Assembly (NCBI GenBank): GCA_963843845.1
Contig: CAWJMB010000002.1
Span: 1,952,001-2,016,000, forward strand
Source of the DNA: an uncultured Gemmatimonadaceae bacterium
GTDB taxonomy: Bacteria > Gemmatimonadota > Gemmatimonadetes > Gemmatimonadales > Gemmatimonadaceae
DNA length: 64,000 nt
Reading direction: 5' to 3'
Shown here: positions 33,575 through 43,782 of the stretch, in pieces
Layout: each line of letters opens with the position of its first letter
Position numbering within the stretch: position 1 is the first letter of the stretch
The notes under the pieces: generated by a model
Told to the model about the DNA's origin: nothing
Database searches by the model: none
Seen by the model: the letters and a program-made list of their open reading frames with translations, nothing else
Made by a program: the position numbers and the translations under genes

Positions 33575-34582
33575 GTGAGCGAGAGACTTCGCTGCGCAGT
33601 CGTCGGCGGCGGCGCGTGGGGCACCGCGCTCGCCGACCTCCTCGCTCGCAATGGACACGACACGTGTCTCTGGGCGCGCGAGCGAGACGTCGTCGACGGA
33701 GTCAACACGCGACACGAGAACGCCCGCTTCCTCTCCGGCGTGTCGCTCGCGCCGACGTTGCGTGCCGACGACGATGTGCGGGAGGCGGTCGCCGGCCGCG
33801 ATCTGGTGCTCTATGCCGCACCGTCGCATGTGCTTCGCGACGTCGCCTCGAGCACGGCGGAGAGCGTCATGCGAGAGGCTACCCTCGCAGTGGCGACGAA
33901 GGGGATCGAGCGGGAGTCGTTGCTGCTGATGACGGATGTCGTGAGCGATGTCGTTCCGCACCGCGCCGTCGTCGCCGTTTCGGGTCCGAGCTTCGCGGCC
34001 GAGGTCGCGTCGCGTCAGCCCACGGCGATCGTCGCCGCAAGTGCCGGACGCGACGCCGCGATCCGTATCCAGCGCGCACTCAGCTCCACCGAGTTTCGCG
34101 TCTACACGCACGATGACGTGATCGGCGTCGAGTTGGGCGGCGCGCTGAAGAACGTGATGGCGCTCGCGACCGGCGTGCTCGAGGGCCTGGGCCTCGGCTT
34201 CAACGCGCGCGCCGCCCTCATCACGCGCGGCCTCGCCGAGATGACGCGCCTCGGCGTCGCACTCGGCGCGAGGCCGGAGACGTTTGCGGGGCTCGCCGGA
34301 CTCGGCGACCTCGTCCTGACGTGCACGGGGGCACTGAGCCGGAATCGCGCTGTCGGGGAGGAGATCGGCCGCGGTCGGTCGCTCGACGAGATCCTCGCAT
34401 CGCGCGAGACCGTGGCCGAGGGCGTGCTCAACACGCAGAGCGCGCGTGCGCTGGCGGCTCGCTACGGCGTCGAGATGCCGATCGTCGACGCGATGCACCG
34501 CATCCTGTTCGAGGGCGCGCCGGTCCGCGGCGCCGTCGGCGAGCTCATGTCCCGTGCGCTCCGCGCCGAGCGTGACGACTGA
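33575..34582 (+). CDS. gpsA: NAD(P)H-dependent glycerol-3-phosphate dehydrogenase
   Basis: GGGAWGTALA, TKGIE, SGPSFAAE, GVELGGALKNV, GLAGLGDLVLTC, SRN, AEG. Confidence 0.95.
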   Translation: MSERLRCAVVGGGAWGTALADLLARNGHDTCLWARERDVVDGVNTRHENARFLSGVSLAPTLRADDDVREAVAGRDLVLYAAPSHVLRDVASSTAESVMREATLAVATKGIERESLLLMTDVVSDVVPHRAVVAVSGPSFAAEVASRQPTAIVAASAGRDAAIRIQRALSSTEFRVYTHDDVIGVELGGALKNVMALATGVLEGLGLGFNARAALITRGLAEMTRLGVALGARPETFAGLAGLGDLVLTCTGALSRNRAVGEEIGRGRSLDEILASRETVAEGVLNTQSARALAARYGVEMPIVDAMHRILFEGAPVRGAVGELMSRALRAERDD

Positions 34583-34628
34583 TCGACGAGCCAGCGCGGC
34601 GCGCACGCGGAAGCCGCCGGCTGTCCCG

Positions 34629-35012
34629 GTGGACGCGTCGGGCATCCGCCAGCGCATACCGCCCGATCCGGTGCGGGAGTTCTTCTCGATCGGCGACGTC
34701 TGCTCGCTGACCGATCTGCGCCCCCACGTGCTGCGCTACTGGGAGAGCCAGTTCCGCGTGCTGAATCCGGCGAAGAATCGGTCCGGCAATCGCGTGTACT
34801 CGCGCCGCGAGCTCGAGCTGATTCTGCTGGTGAAGCACCTGCTCTACACCGAGAAGTTCACGATCGACGGCGCGCGACAGCAGCTCGACCGACACCGCCG
34901 CGACGGCGAGATCCGCTCGGCGGCGCGGCGTGCGCTCGCGCTCGAGACGATCCAGCTGCTCGAGCATGAATTGCGCGAGGTGGCCGCGATCCTGAGCGGC
35001 CGCCAAGATTAG
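34629..35012 (+). CDS. MerR-family HTH regulator
   Basis: FSIGDV..LRPHVLRYWESQF..PAKNRSGNRVY..LLYTEKFTIDGA. Confidence 0.88.
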   Translation: MDASGIRQRIPPDPVREFFSIGDVCSLTDLRPHVLRYWESQFRVLNPAKNRSGNRVYSRRELELILLVKHLLYTEKFTIDGARQQLDRHRRDGEIRSAARRALALETIQLLEHELREVAAILSGRQD

Positions 35013-35082
35013 ATTCCGGACGACCGCCCCCCTCGCCGGACGGCTCGTTCAGTGCGAGCCCCTCGCTGCCCCTCCGCCACGC

Positions 35083-35845
35083 ATGCGCTTCCTCTGCACG
35101 AATGACGACGGTATTCTCGCGCAGGGGCTCGCCACGCTCGTCGCAGGCGGCAGAATCGCTCGGAGAAGTTCACGTGGTCGCGCCTGACCGCGAGCAGAGC
35201 GCGACGAGTCACTCGCTGACGCTGCACCATCCTGTTCGCCCCGTTCAGCGGGGCGAACGTCGCTGGCAGGTGGACGGCACGCCGACCGACTGCGTGTTGC
35301 TCGCCGTCGAGGCGCTGATGCCGGAGCGGCCGGATTATGTGCTGAGCGGTGTCAATCACGGTCAGAACATGGGCGAGGACGTGCTCTACTCCGGCACCGT
35401 CGCCGCCGCGATGGAGGGGCTCTCACTCGGCATTCCCGCGATCGCCATCTCATTCGCGTGGGGTGACCTCCGCGCCGATCCGAACCGGCTCGCGGAGCAG
35501 GGGGAGCTGCTCGGCTCGCTGCTACAACACCTGATCTCGCTCGGCGACATGCCGCGCGACACCTTGTTCAACGTGAACCTCCCGCCGCTGCCGCCGTCCG
35601 AGGTCCGCGGCGTGCGCCTCACGCGACTCGGTCGTCGGGTCTACTCGAATTCGCTCACTCCGATGAGCGATCCCTGGGGGCGCAAGATCTACTGGATTGG
35701 CGGCGGGTCGGCCGAGTGGAGCGGGGAAGCCGACTCCGACTTCCAGGCAGTGCGCGAGGGGTACGTGTCGGTCACGCCGCTCCGCCTGGATCTGACGCAC
35801 CACGGCGCGCTCTCCGCGGCGCGCGATTGGTGGCGCGCTCCGTGA
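35083..35845 (+). CDS. surE: 5'/3'-nucleotidase SurE, frameshift near 35143
   Basis: MRFLCTNDDG from ATG 35083, then VAPDREQSATSHSLT, GTPTDCV, SGVNHGQNMG, YSGTVAAAMEG. Confidence 0.93.
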
Positions 35846-36498
35846 GCGGGGCGGCGCACTCCGAATACCGCGGTGCACGGCGTCGATTGATCGAGACGCT
35901 GCAGGCGAACGGCATCACCAGTCTCTCGGTATTGCACGCCTTCGACGCCGTGCCACGCCACGCGTTCGTGCCGCCCGCCATCCTTCACCGCGCCTACGAG
36001 GATGCTGCGCTTCCGATCGGGAACGGACAGACGATCTCGCAGCCGACCGTGCACGCCCGTTCGCTCCAGGAACTGAGATTGACCGGGAAGGAGAAAGTTC
36101 TCGAGATTGGCACCGGGTCCGGTTACCAGACCGCGCTGCTATCGCAGCTCGCGGCGCAGGTGTTCACGATCGAGCGCGTCGGCGCGCTATTCGACCGCGC
36201 GCGGGACGTCCTTGCGCAGCTCGGCGTGCGAAACGTGTCGACGCTGCTCGGCGACGGCACGCTCGGCTGGCGCGACTACGGGCCCTACGATGGGATCGTC
36301 GTCGGCGCGGCCGCGCCGACGGTGCCGCAACCGTATGTGGAACAACTTGCGGACGGCGGGCGCCTCGTGATTCCCCTCGGCGATCGAGACGAGCAGGTGC
36401 TCGCGGTACTCACCCGCAACGGTGCCAGCATCGAACGACGTGACGTGGGACCGGTGCGCTTCGTCCCGCTGCTCGGGGTACACGGATGGTCGGCGTAG
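35842..36498 (+). CDS. pcm: Protein-L-isoaspartate O-methyltransferase
   Basis: VPRHAFV, AYED.ALPIGNGQTISQP, VLEIGTGSGYQTA, GDGTLGW, VRFVPL. Confidence 0.95.
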   Translation: MSGAAHSEYRGARRRLIETLQANGITSLSVLHAFDAVPRHAFVPPAILHRAYEDAALPIGNGQTISQPTVHARSLQELRLTGKEKVLEIGTGSGYQTALLSQLAAQVFTIERVGALFDRARDVLAQLGVRNVSTLLGDGTLGWRDYGPYDGIVVGAAAPTVPQPYVEQLADGGRLVIPLGDRDEQVLAVLTRNGASIERRDVGPVRFVPLLGVHGWSA

Positions 36499-36556
36499 GT
36501 AGGGCCGGCGACCGAGGTGGCGTAGATCGGGGGCGCAACAGCGTCTCACGGAACGT

Positions 36557-36997
36557 ATGAGCCTGACGCGGAGACGTGCGCGCGAGCACGGACCGTATTC
36601 GCGGCCTGCGAGGCCGGCCGGAATTCGTCAGGAATCGAGGGGCGGGGGTCGCCCGTTCGAGCCGGGAGCCGCCCTGGTCGCGCTCGCCGACGCCGGGTCC
36701 GGCGCGAAGCCGGATCGGTCCGACCGGAGTCGACGCCGGCGTCGACCGCGTCGCGAGATCGAGGTCGGCGAGGAACCGTGGTTCGCCGGACGGACGGGAG
36801 TGGTCGGTGAGGTCCCGTCACCCCACGACGTCGACGAGGCCGATCGTGAGCTCCGCATCGAAGTGTCGGACCGGATCGTCGCGGTGGCGAGACGCGTGCG
36901 TGACGGCGATCTCGCCGTGGTCGGTATCCGGACAGGCGTCACCGAAGCGGGGGCGCTCGCCGCGGCGCTGTCGGCGATGCTCTCCGGGCGGCACTAA
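36557..36997 (+). CDS. Hypothetical protein (N-terminal half possibly out of frame)
   Basis: Fills the pcm-apt gap; C-terminal half has protein-like composition; no motif recognised. Confidence 0.4.
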   Translation: MSLTRRRAREHGPYSRPARPAGIRQESRGGGRPFEPGAALVALADAGSGAKPDRSDRSRRRRRPRREIEVGEEPWFAGRTGVVGEVPSPHDVDEADRELRIEVSDRIVAVARRVRDGDLAVVGIRTGVTEAGALAAALSAMLSGRH

Positions 36998-37016
36998 CCT
37001 GCATCCGGAGGTGCGC

Positions 37017-37559
37017 ATGTCCGCGTCGAACGATCCAACGCTGGCCGGATCGGTCACCGCGTCACTCCGAGCGATCGCCGACTTTCCGCGCCCTGGGATC
37101 CTCTTCCAGGATCTGACCCCGGTGCTCGCGGATCCGCGCCTGTACCGTCGCATCACGGATGCGATGGCCGAGCATGCCGCGAGCGACGGCGTGACGCATG
37201 TCGCCGCGATCGAGAGCCGAGGCTTCCTGTTCGGCGCGCCGATCGCGCAACGACTCGGTGTCGCGCTCGTTCTGGTACGCAAACCGGGAAAGCTGCCGGG
37301 CAGGACCCGACGTATCGACTACGCACTGGAGTACGGCGTAGACGGGCTCGAGATCCACACCGAGGCGTGCGGAACGTCCTCCCGGGTGCTGATCGTCGAC
37401 GACGTGCTCGCGACCGGGGGAACGTGTCGGGCGGCGGTCGACCTCGTCCAGGCGACGGGCGCGCACGTCGTCGCGGCGGCCTTCGTGCTCGAGATTGCGG
37501 CGCTCCGCGGGCGTGATCGACTCGCGCCGCTCGACACGCGGGCACTCGTCTCGGTGTGA
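37017..37559 (+). CDS. apt: Adenine phosphoribosyltransferase
   Basis: DFPRPGILFQD, ESRGFLFG, VRKPGKLP, YALEYG, VLIVDDVLATGGT; GGAGG RBS at 37007-37011. Confidence 0.95.
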   Translation: MSASNDPTLAGSVTASLRAIADFPRPGILFQDLTPVLADPRLYRRITDAMAEHAASDGVTHVAAIESRGFLFGAPIAQRLGVALVLVRKPGKLPGRTRRIDYALEYGVDGLEIHTEACGTSSRVLIVDDVLATGGTCRAAVDLVQATGAHVVAAAFVLEIAALRGRDRLAPLDTRALVSV

Positions 37560-37603
37560 CCTGCTGACGCCTCGGCGATCGGTCGCGATAGATTGTCGTA
37601 CCG

Positions 37604-37677
37604 GCCCCCGTAGCTCAGTTGGATAGAGCAGCAGTTTCCTAAACTGTTGGCCGTGCGTTCGAATCGCACCGGGGGCA
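37604..37677 (+). tRNA. tRNA-Arg (anticodon CCT), CCA not encoded
   Basis: Acceptor GCCCCCG/CGGGGGC, D arm GCTC-AGTTGGATA-GAGC, anticodon arm GCAGT-TTCCTAA-ACTGT, T arm GTGCG-TTCGAAT-CGCAC, discriminator A followed by CTC. Confidence 0.95.
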
Positions 37678-37801
37678 CTCCGCGAGCCGCGTTCGACCAG
37701 GACGCCGACGGGCACGCGGATCTCGACCTATCTCCTGATCCCGCATAGCTTTCCACGTCGGCGCGTGAATGCGCTGCCAGCCGACCTCTCTCACAACGCA
37801 C

Positions 37802-38449
37802 ATGGTCTCGAACGATCGGAACGCCTTCGACGACGCAACCGCCACGCTCGCCGACTGGGGGCGCACGAACGGGCGGATCCTGGCGATCGGCATCGGTGCC
37901 GTCATCATCATCGGCGGAGGAGTCGCGCTCTGGCGAAGCAATGTCGCCACGAAGGCGGCACGCGCCGAGAAGATGTTCTTCGCAGCGCAGGGGCCGCTCC
38001 AGCAGGGTGATGTCGCCGGCGCGCAACAACAGCTTCGCCAGGTGGCGCAGCGCTTCGACGGCACGCCAGGCGGGACGCAGGCGCAGCTCCTGCTCGCGCA
38101 GACGCTCTACGACCAGGGAAAGTACCAGGACGGCATCGACGTGCTCGCGAAGGCGTCGAACGTGCCGGACGGAATGCGGACGTCGGTCGAGCTGCTGACT
38201 GCGGTCGGCTACGAAGGGTTGGGCAAGTACGACGAGGCAGCGACGCGCTACGAACGTGCTGCGAACGACGCGGCCACGCCGACGGCGAAGGCGCAGCTTC
38301 GTGCCGACCACGCGCGGGCGCTCCAAGCGGGCGGCAAGACGACTGAGGCGCTGCGTGTCTGGCGTGAGTTGGCCAAGGAGCAGATCGCGGGCGTGTCGGA
38401 CGAAGCCCGTGTCCGTGCCGGCGAGCTCGCGGCGATGCAGAAGGGGTGA
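37802..38449 (+). CDS. Membrane-anchored tetratricopeptide-repeat protein (YfgM-like)
   Basis: N-terminal TM helix (ILAIGIGAVIIIGGGVALW) followed by TPR-like helices (LYDQGKYQDG, YEGLGKYDEA). Confidence 0.75.
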   Translation: MVSNDRNAFDDATATLADWGRTNGRILAIGIGAVIIIGGGVALWRSNVATKAARAEKMFFAAQGPLQQGDVAGAQQQLRQVAQRFDGTPGGTQAQLLLAQTLYDQGKYQDGIDVLAKASNVPDGMRTSVELLTAVGYEGLGKYDEAATRYERAANDAATPTAKAQLRADHARALQAGGKTTEALRVWRELAKEQIAGVSDEARVRAGELAAMQKG

Positions 38450-38572
38450 GAGGGGTGAGGGCGATGATCGCCGTCTGACGCCTGTCGAACGACGTTGGGC
38501 ACGAGGCCGATCTCAGAGGGACTGGGACGGCCTCGTTGTCATGTTGATCCGCACTTTCGTCGCAGCGACTGT

Positions 38573-38600
38573 TATTCGTATAATATGTGTTATGTAAACT
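38573..38600. other. dif: dif site (XerC/XerD chromosome dimer resolution site)
   Basis: TATTCGTATAA-TATGTG-TTATGTAAACT: 11-6-11 layout with inner ATAA/TTAT symmetry; right arm equals the B. subtilis dif arm; intergenic and exactly at the strand switch. Confidence 0.9.
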
Positions 38601-38675
38601 AGGACGTGTGGATAGTGTGGGAATCCGACGACTCTCATGGCGCGCGCCCATTCTTCGTGTGCCCCGGCGGGCGGG

Positions 38676-39506
38676 TCAGCCCAGGTCGCTCAACCGCCCG
38701 GAGTAGACCAGGCGGCCCTCGCCAGCCAGCGACGGACCCGGCTGTCGAGCCGTGCCGACGATCAGCCGCTTCGACGAGCTCGTCACGATGGACGTCTCCG
38801 CGCCTCGGGTCTTGTGCCAGGCCGCAAGCACCGACGCCGTCGCGACTGCACCCGTTCCGCATGCCAGCGTCTCGCCCTCGACGCCCCGCTCGTACGTCCG
38901 CATCCGCCATCCGCCATCGCCAGCCGACGCGACGAAATTCACGTTGGCACCCTCGCGGAGCGTGCGGATCGTAGCGCAGCGGCCGACCGCGTGCGTCGAC
39001 GTCCACCTCGTCACGCCGTCGACCTCGACGACCAGATGCGGAACGCCCGCGATCGCAAACCCGATCCGTCGCTCGCCGGCGCGTCCGGCCGGAATCGCGC
39101 AGACTGGCTCCAACGTCGGCGAGCGGCCGGAAGTCGATCTTCGGGCAATCCGTCATCCAGCAGCCGCGCGGTCAGGATGCCGGCATCCGTCTCGATCGCG
39201 AAGCCGCGTGGCCGTCCACGAGGTCCGAGCTCGTGGCCAGCCGCACCGAGCAGAGCGTCGCGTTACCGCAGAGCGACGCACGCGAGCCATCGCTGTTGTG
39301 GTACAGCATCCGAAGTCGGCGACGCGGCGCCGGCTCGAGGAACGACGACTCCGTCTGCGCCGATCCCCGTGTCGCGCGCGCACAGATCGCTCGTACCACG
39401 TCGGCCGCCGTCGCAGCACCGGCGGCTCGACGTCGCGTGCGTCGAAGAACACGAAGTCGTTTCCCGAGCCGCACATCTTGTAGAACGGGGCGTTCTCGAG
39501 TGTCAT
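38676..39506 (-). CDS. dapF: Diaminopimelate epimerase, frameshifted
   Basis: FYKMCGSGNDF, NSDGSRASLCGNATLC, GVPHLV, GANVNF, RTYERGVEGETLACGTGAVA across frames. Confidence 0.9.
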
Positions 39507-39579
39507 GTGCGCTTTCATCGTGTCTCGCCGGCTTCGGGACACCGGACGCGTGGCGCGACCGTGCGCGCCCGGGAGCAGG

Positions 39580-40350
39580 TCAGACGCGCCCGGTGATCGC
39601 CCACCAACGCAGGCGCCAGACCATCCAGACCGCCTCGCGAACGATCGGCTTCGGACATCTTGCTCTCGCCCTCCGTCCGGTCGACGAAGACGATAGGGAT
39701 CTCGGCGATCCGGAAGCCCCGCTTCCAGGCCCGGAAGCTCATCTCGATCTGAAACGCGTAGCCGTTCGAGCGGACCGCGTCGAGATCGATGGCCTCGAGC
39801 ACGGCGCGGCGGAAGCATTTGAACCCGCCGGTCGCGTCGAAAAGCTGCAAGCCCGGTGACGGCGCTCGCGTAGATGTTGGCGCAGTAGCTGAGGATGAGC
39901 CGCGACGATCGGCCAGTTCACGACTGTCACCTTTCCGTGCCGATATCGCGAGCCCAGGACGAGGTCCGCGTCCTGGATCGCTTCGAGGAACTTCGGGAGG
40001 TGCCCCGGATCGTGCGAGAAGTCGGCGTCCATCTCGAAGACGTACTCGTACTGCGGCCGCTCGAGCGCCCACCGAAAGCCTGCGAGATAGGCGGTCCCGA
40101 GCCCGAGCTTCCTGCGCCCGATGGAGGGCGTGGACGCGGGCGTCGCCAGCGGCGATCTCGTCGACGATCGGCGCCCGTCCCGTCGGGCGACCCGTCGTCG
40201 ACGACGAGGATCTCGATCCGCGGGTCCTGCGCGAGCACGTGCTCGATCATCCGAGCGATGTTCTCGCGCTCGTTATAGGTCGGGGATGACGACCAGTGCG
40301 CGGTCGTCGGCTGCCAGGTGGGAGGCGGTCTGGCGATCCGGCTCAGCCAC
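39580..40350 (-). CDS. Polyprenol-phosphate sugar synthase (Ppm1/Dpm1-like GT2), several frameshifts
   Basis: [77 protein letters not shown]. Confidence 0.85.
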
Positions 40351-42836
40351 GAGCGCGGCGATCGAAGAACAGTCCACCGGCGACGGCGAGCGCGGATACC
40401 AGTAGCGCGGTCAGCGTGATCGCCTTCCCCGTCTCGTAGGGCGCGCTCGAGAACTGCAGCTCGATGCGGCGCGCGCCCGCCGTGAGCGGCACGCCGATCA
40501 ACGAGTAGTCCACGCGGCCGATCGGCGTCGCTCTGCCGTCGACCGACGCGTGCCAGCCGGGATAGTAGTTCTCCGACACCACGAGCGTCGCGCCATTCGG
40601 CGCCGGGCGATCGAGCTCGAGCACGATGCTCCCCGGCGTTCGACGCGTGATGCGCGGCTTGAGGTCGAGCGGCTCAGGTAGTTGCTGTGGAACGGGTTGC
40701 GTGGGCACAGCTGCAGCAGTGTCGAAGAGCGCGACGCGCGATGCGTCGAAGCGTGGATCGATCACAGTCGCGAGCGTGTTCTCGTCGGGCGCCTTCACCG
40801 CGATCGGCGCCACCCACGCCGGGGGATTGTCGCCAGGCAGTTGGAAGAGGTACTCGGTCGAACCGGCGGCGTTGCGGACCGGCCCGAGCACACGTCGGAA
40901 CCCATCGAGCGGGAGCTCGGGCGCGTTCGTCAGCAGGAAGCGCATGTTCGCGAGACGCCAGAAGCTCGGGTTGCCGATCCGCTGGATCATCTCGTCGGGC
41001 GAGATGCCGTAGACGCGCTGGTAGCGCCCGAGCTCGTTGCCGTGATAGCCGCCGATCTGTCGAATACCGTGTCCCATGAGTGCGTCACCCTGCAGGAACG
41101 GGTCGTGCGGCGCCTCGGGTTGCTGGAACGGGATGGCGTAGACGCGTCCCGAGTCGGTCTGCGTCTTGAGAAAACTCACGATCGGATCGCCCGCGTAAAT
41201 CGTCGACGCTGGCGGCGAGAAGCGCCAGTACAGTCGCTCGATCGACCACAGGTCGAGCACGACGACGCCGGCGAGAATCCACCCGGCCGCGCGCGGCCCG
41301 AGTCGGCGTCGGTCCAGCAAGAGGATCACCCCGCAGACAGCGGCCACGGCGACGAACGACCGCCACGCACCGACGACGAGATCCGCACGGTTGGCGTCCG
41401 CAATCGCCGCGGCCTGCGGTGTGACCGACGCCGCCAGGTTGGTCAGGGCGCCGCTCGCCGCGAGGACGCCCACGAGCCCAGCGGCGGCGAGCCACCCGAT
41501 CGCATAACGCCGGCGCGCCTGCCCGAGCAACAGCCGCTCGACGCCCATCGCCGCGAGCACCGCCGCCGAAAACTGCACGACGTAGAGCATCGTACTCGGT
41601 GCACGGAAATACGTCGTGCCGGGGACGAGCGCGTAGACGAGCCGGTAAAAGGGCGTGTAGCCGCCGAGCGCCCAGAGTGACGCGACGATGAACGTGCCGA
41701 ACCAGAAGTACATGAGCTTCCGGCGGCTCGCCACGCCGAACGCGAGCACCGCGAGAACCAACACCGCGGCTCCGATGTACTCGCTGTGGAAGTGAATTCC
41801 GTTCCGACCGCTGTATCGCTCGAGGATCCCCGAGAACTGGGGGAGGTAGGTATTGATCAGCTCTTCGAGCGGCATCGAGTAGCTGATGGCGTGCTCCCAC
41901 CCCTTCCCGCCCGTGCGCGGAGACCATGGGGTGTACTCGACGACCGGGAGGAACTGGATCGCGCCACCGAGCAATCCGACCGCGACCGCGGCGAGCGCGG
42001 CGCCGAGTCGACCGAAGGCGCGGCGGCGCGCCAGCGCCTGGCCCCCCGCGTCCGCGCTGAACGCGAGGAAGAGCGCCCACGCGCCACAGACGAGCAGCAG
42101 GTACTGCAGCAGCTGCGGGTGCGGTGTGAGCACCGCGAGCGTCACTGCGATAGCGAGTGCGCCGAACGCCCACCACCGCCCGTCGCGGATCGCGCGGTAC
42201 GTGAACAGCAGGACGAGCGGCAGCAACGCGGCGACGAACAACTTGCCGTCGTGTCCCGGCGAAACGAGGCCGGCGACATTGCCGCCCAGCATGTATGCGA
42301 GACCGCCGATCAGCGCGGCGAAGAAGCTGAGCCCGATCCGCCGAAGGAACGCGTAGGTGAACAGCCCCGCGAGGAACGTATGGATGATGAAGCCCCACGT
42401 CATCGCGACGTCGGTCGGCATCAGCATCCGCAGCAGGAACGTCGGATAGAAGATGTCGCCGTGCATGGCGGCGACGAACGGCATTCCGCCAAAGAGGTAC
42501 GGGTTCCACAGCGGGAAGCTGCCCGTCTGCCGTAGCACGCTCGCGCCCGAATTCCCGGAACGCGTACCCGGCGATGTACTGGTCGCTCATCGGATTGACG
42601 AGAAACTCGCCGCCGAGCGCCCTGTAGCCGAGGAGGAGCGTTGCGATGAGGCAGGCGAGTGCGGCCCACGCGAGCGCGAACCGAGGCTCGGTACCGACGA
42701 GTGTCGGGTCCGCGGCGCGGACTCTGTTGCCGCGCTCGGCGGCGAGTCGGGCCGCGGCGCGCTGCGTGGCGCTCGGTCGGTCAGCTGGTGCGGTTACCGC
42801 CGCGGTGGGCACCGCGCGATCGTCAGAACGAGCCAT
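40343..42836 (-). CDS. YfhO-like multi-TM (GT-C) glycosyltransferase, frameshift near 42540
   Basis: [13 protein letters not shown], many TM helices, [22 protein letters not shown] and GVPLTAG C-terminal YfhO-type motifs. Confidence 0.8.
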
Positions 42837-42843
42837 CGGTGAG

Positions 42844-43782
42844 CTAGGGGGTGCGCCGCGACGCACCGTATGCGAGAAAGGCGGCGCCCGGAAGCACCTC
42901 GAGCACCGTGAGCGAAAGTCGTGAGGCGAGCACGAGCAACCACGCGTCGGCCGTCGTGACCGTCCCGAGCTGCCCGAGCGCGAGGACCAGCGCGGTCTCC
43001 CGCACTCCCAGGCCGGCCGGTGTCACAACCGCAAGCAGGCCAGCAAGATAGCCTGCCGCGTAGATAGCCGTGAAGGCGAGCCAGCCGGTAGGCACGTCGG
43101 GCAGGAGCGACAGCGCGAGCGAGCGGAACGCCAGCCCGTACAGCAACCAGGCGACGAGATTGGCGGTCACCGCGGTCGCGAGCACCCCGAGGGGCATCGG
43201 CGGTAACGTGACGGGTCGCCGGACGACCCGGCTCACCGCGGTCGCGAGCGGACGGACGAGAAGTGGGAGCGCGACCAGCACGGCCGCGGCGGCGACGCCG
43301 ATCACCGGCACCATCCACGGAGCGACCCGCGACGAGAGTGCCGGAAGGAGCCGCGCGCCGAGCACCGCGACGACGACGAACCCGGCGACGAGATTGAGTA
43401 GCGTGCCCAGGACAGCCGCGCCCGCCGCGGCCGCGGGCGGGACTCCGGCCCGTCTCCCCAGCAGGGCGAGCGCGCCGGTCGACGCGACGGCCTGGCCCGG
43501 CGTGTAGCGTGCGAGATTGGAAACGCTCCAGATCCGCGCCGCCTCGAGGAACGGGAGCCGCTTGCCCCACGCACTGACCAGCGTACGCCACGCGTGAATC
43601 TGCACGCCGTAGACGGCGAGCACGGCCATGCACGACGCGACGAGCGGCAGCGCGCGGGGACGCACCGACCGCGCGGCACTGCCTAACGCAGTCCACTGCG
43701 TTCGCAGCGCGATCGACACGAGCGCCCCGAGTGCGACGAGTGCGACGAGTTGAAGCAGCCGCTTCCACCCCGCTCGGCTCAT
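42844..43782 (-). CDS. Lysylphosphatidylglycerol-synthase TM / flippase-like membrane protein
   Basis: SNLARYTPG, TPAGLGVRE, LASRL motifs; about 8 TM helices; ATG overlaps upstream GT4 stop. Confidence 0.75.
   Translation of the reverse strand: MSRAGWKRLLQLVALVALGALVSIALRTQWTALGSAARSVRPRALPLVASCMAVLAVYGVQIHAWRTLVSAWGKRLPFLEAARIWSVSNLARYTPGQAVASTGALALLGRRAGVPPAAAAGAAVLGTLLNLVAGFVVVAVLGARLLPALSSRVAPWMVPVIGVAAAAVLVALPLLVRPLATAVSRVVRRPVTLPPMPLGVLATAVTANLVAWLLYGLAFRSLALSLLPDVPTGWLAFTAIYAAGYLAGLLAVVTPAGLGVRETALVLALGQLGTVTTADAWLLVLASRLSLTVLEVLPGAAFLAYGASRRTP

Noticed and set aside
32903..34582. Apparent PlsY-GpsA fusion (559 aa)
   Set aside because: Produced by indels in plsY; the PlsY C-terminus ends at 33546 in another frame and gpsA has its own GTG at 33575.
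37604..38600. Integrated element at tRNA-Arg or at dif
   Set aside because: No integrase, no duplicated tRNA 3' end, no second dif half-site and no compositional shift in flanking genes.
38560..38630. AT-rich patch with a DnaA-box-like 9-mer read as oriC
   Set aside because: Genes converge on it rather than diverge, there is only one good box, no dnaA/dnaN nearby, and the AT-rich part is fully explained by dif.
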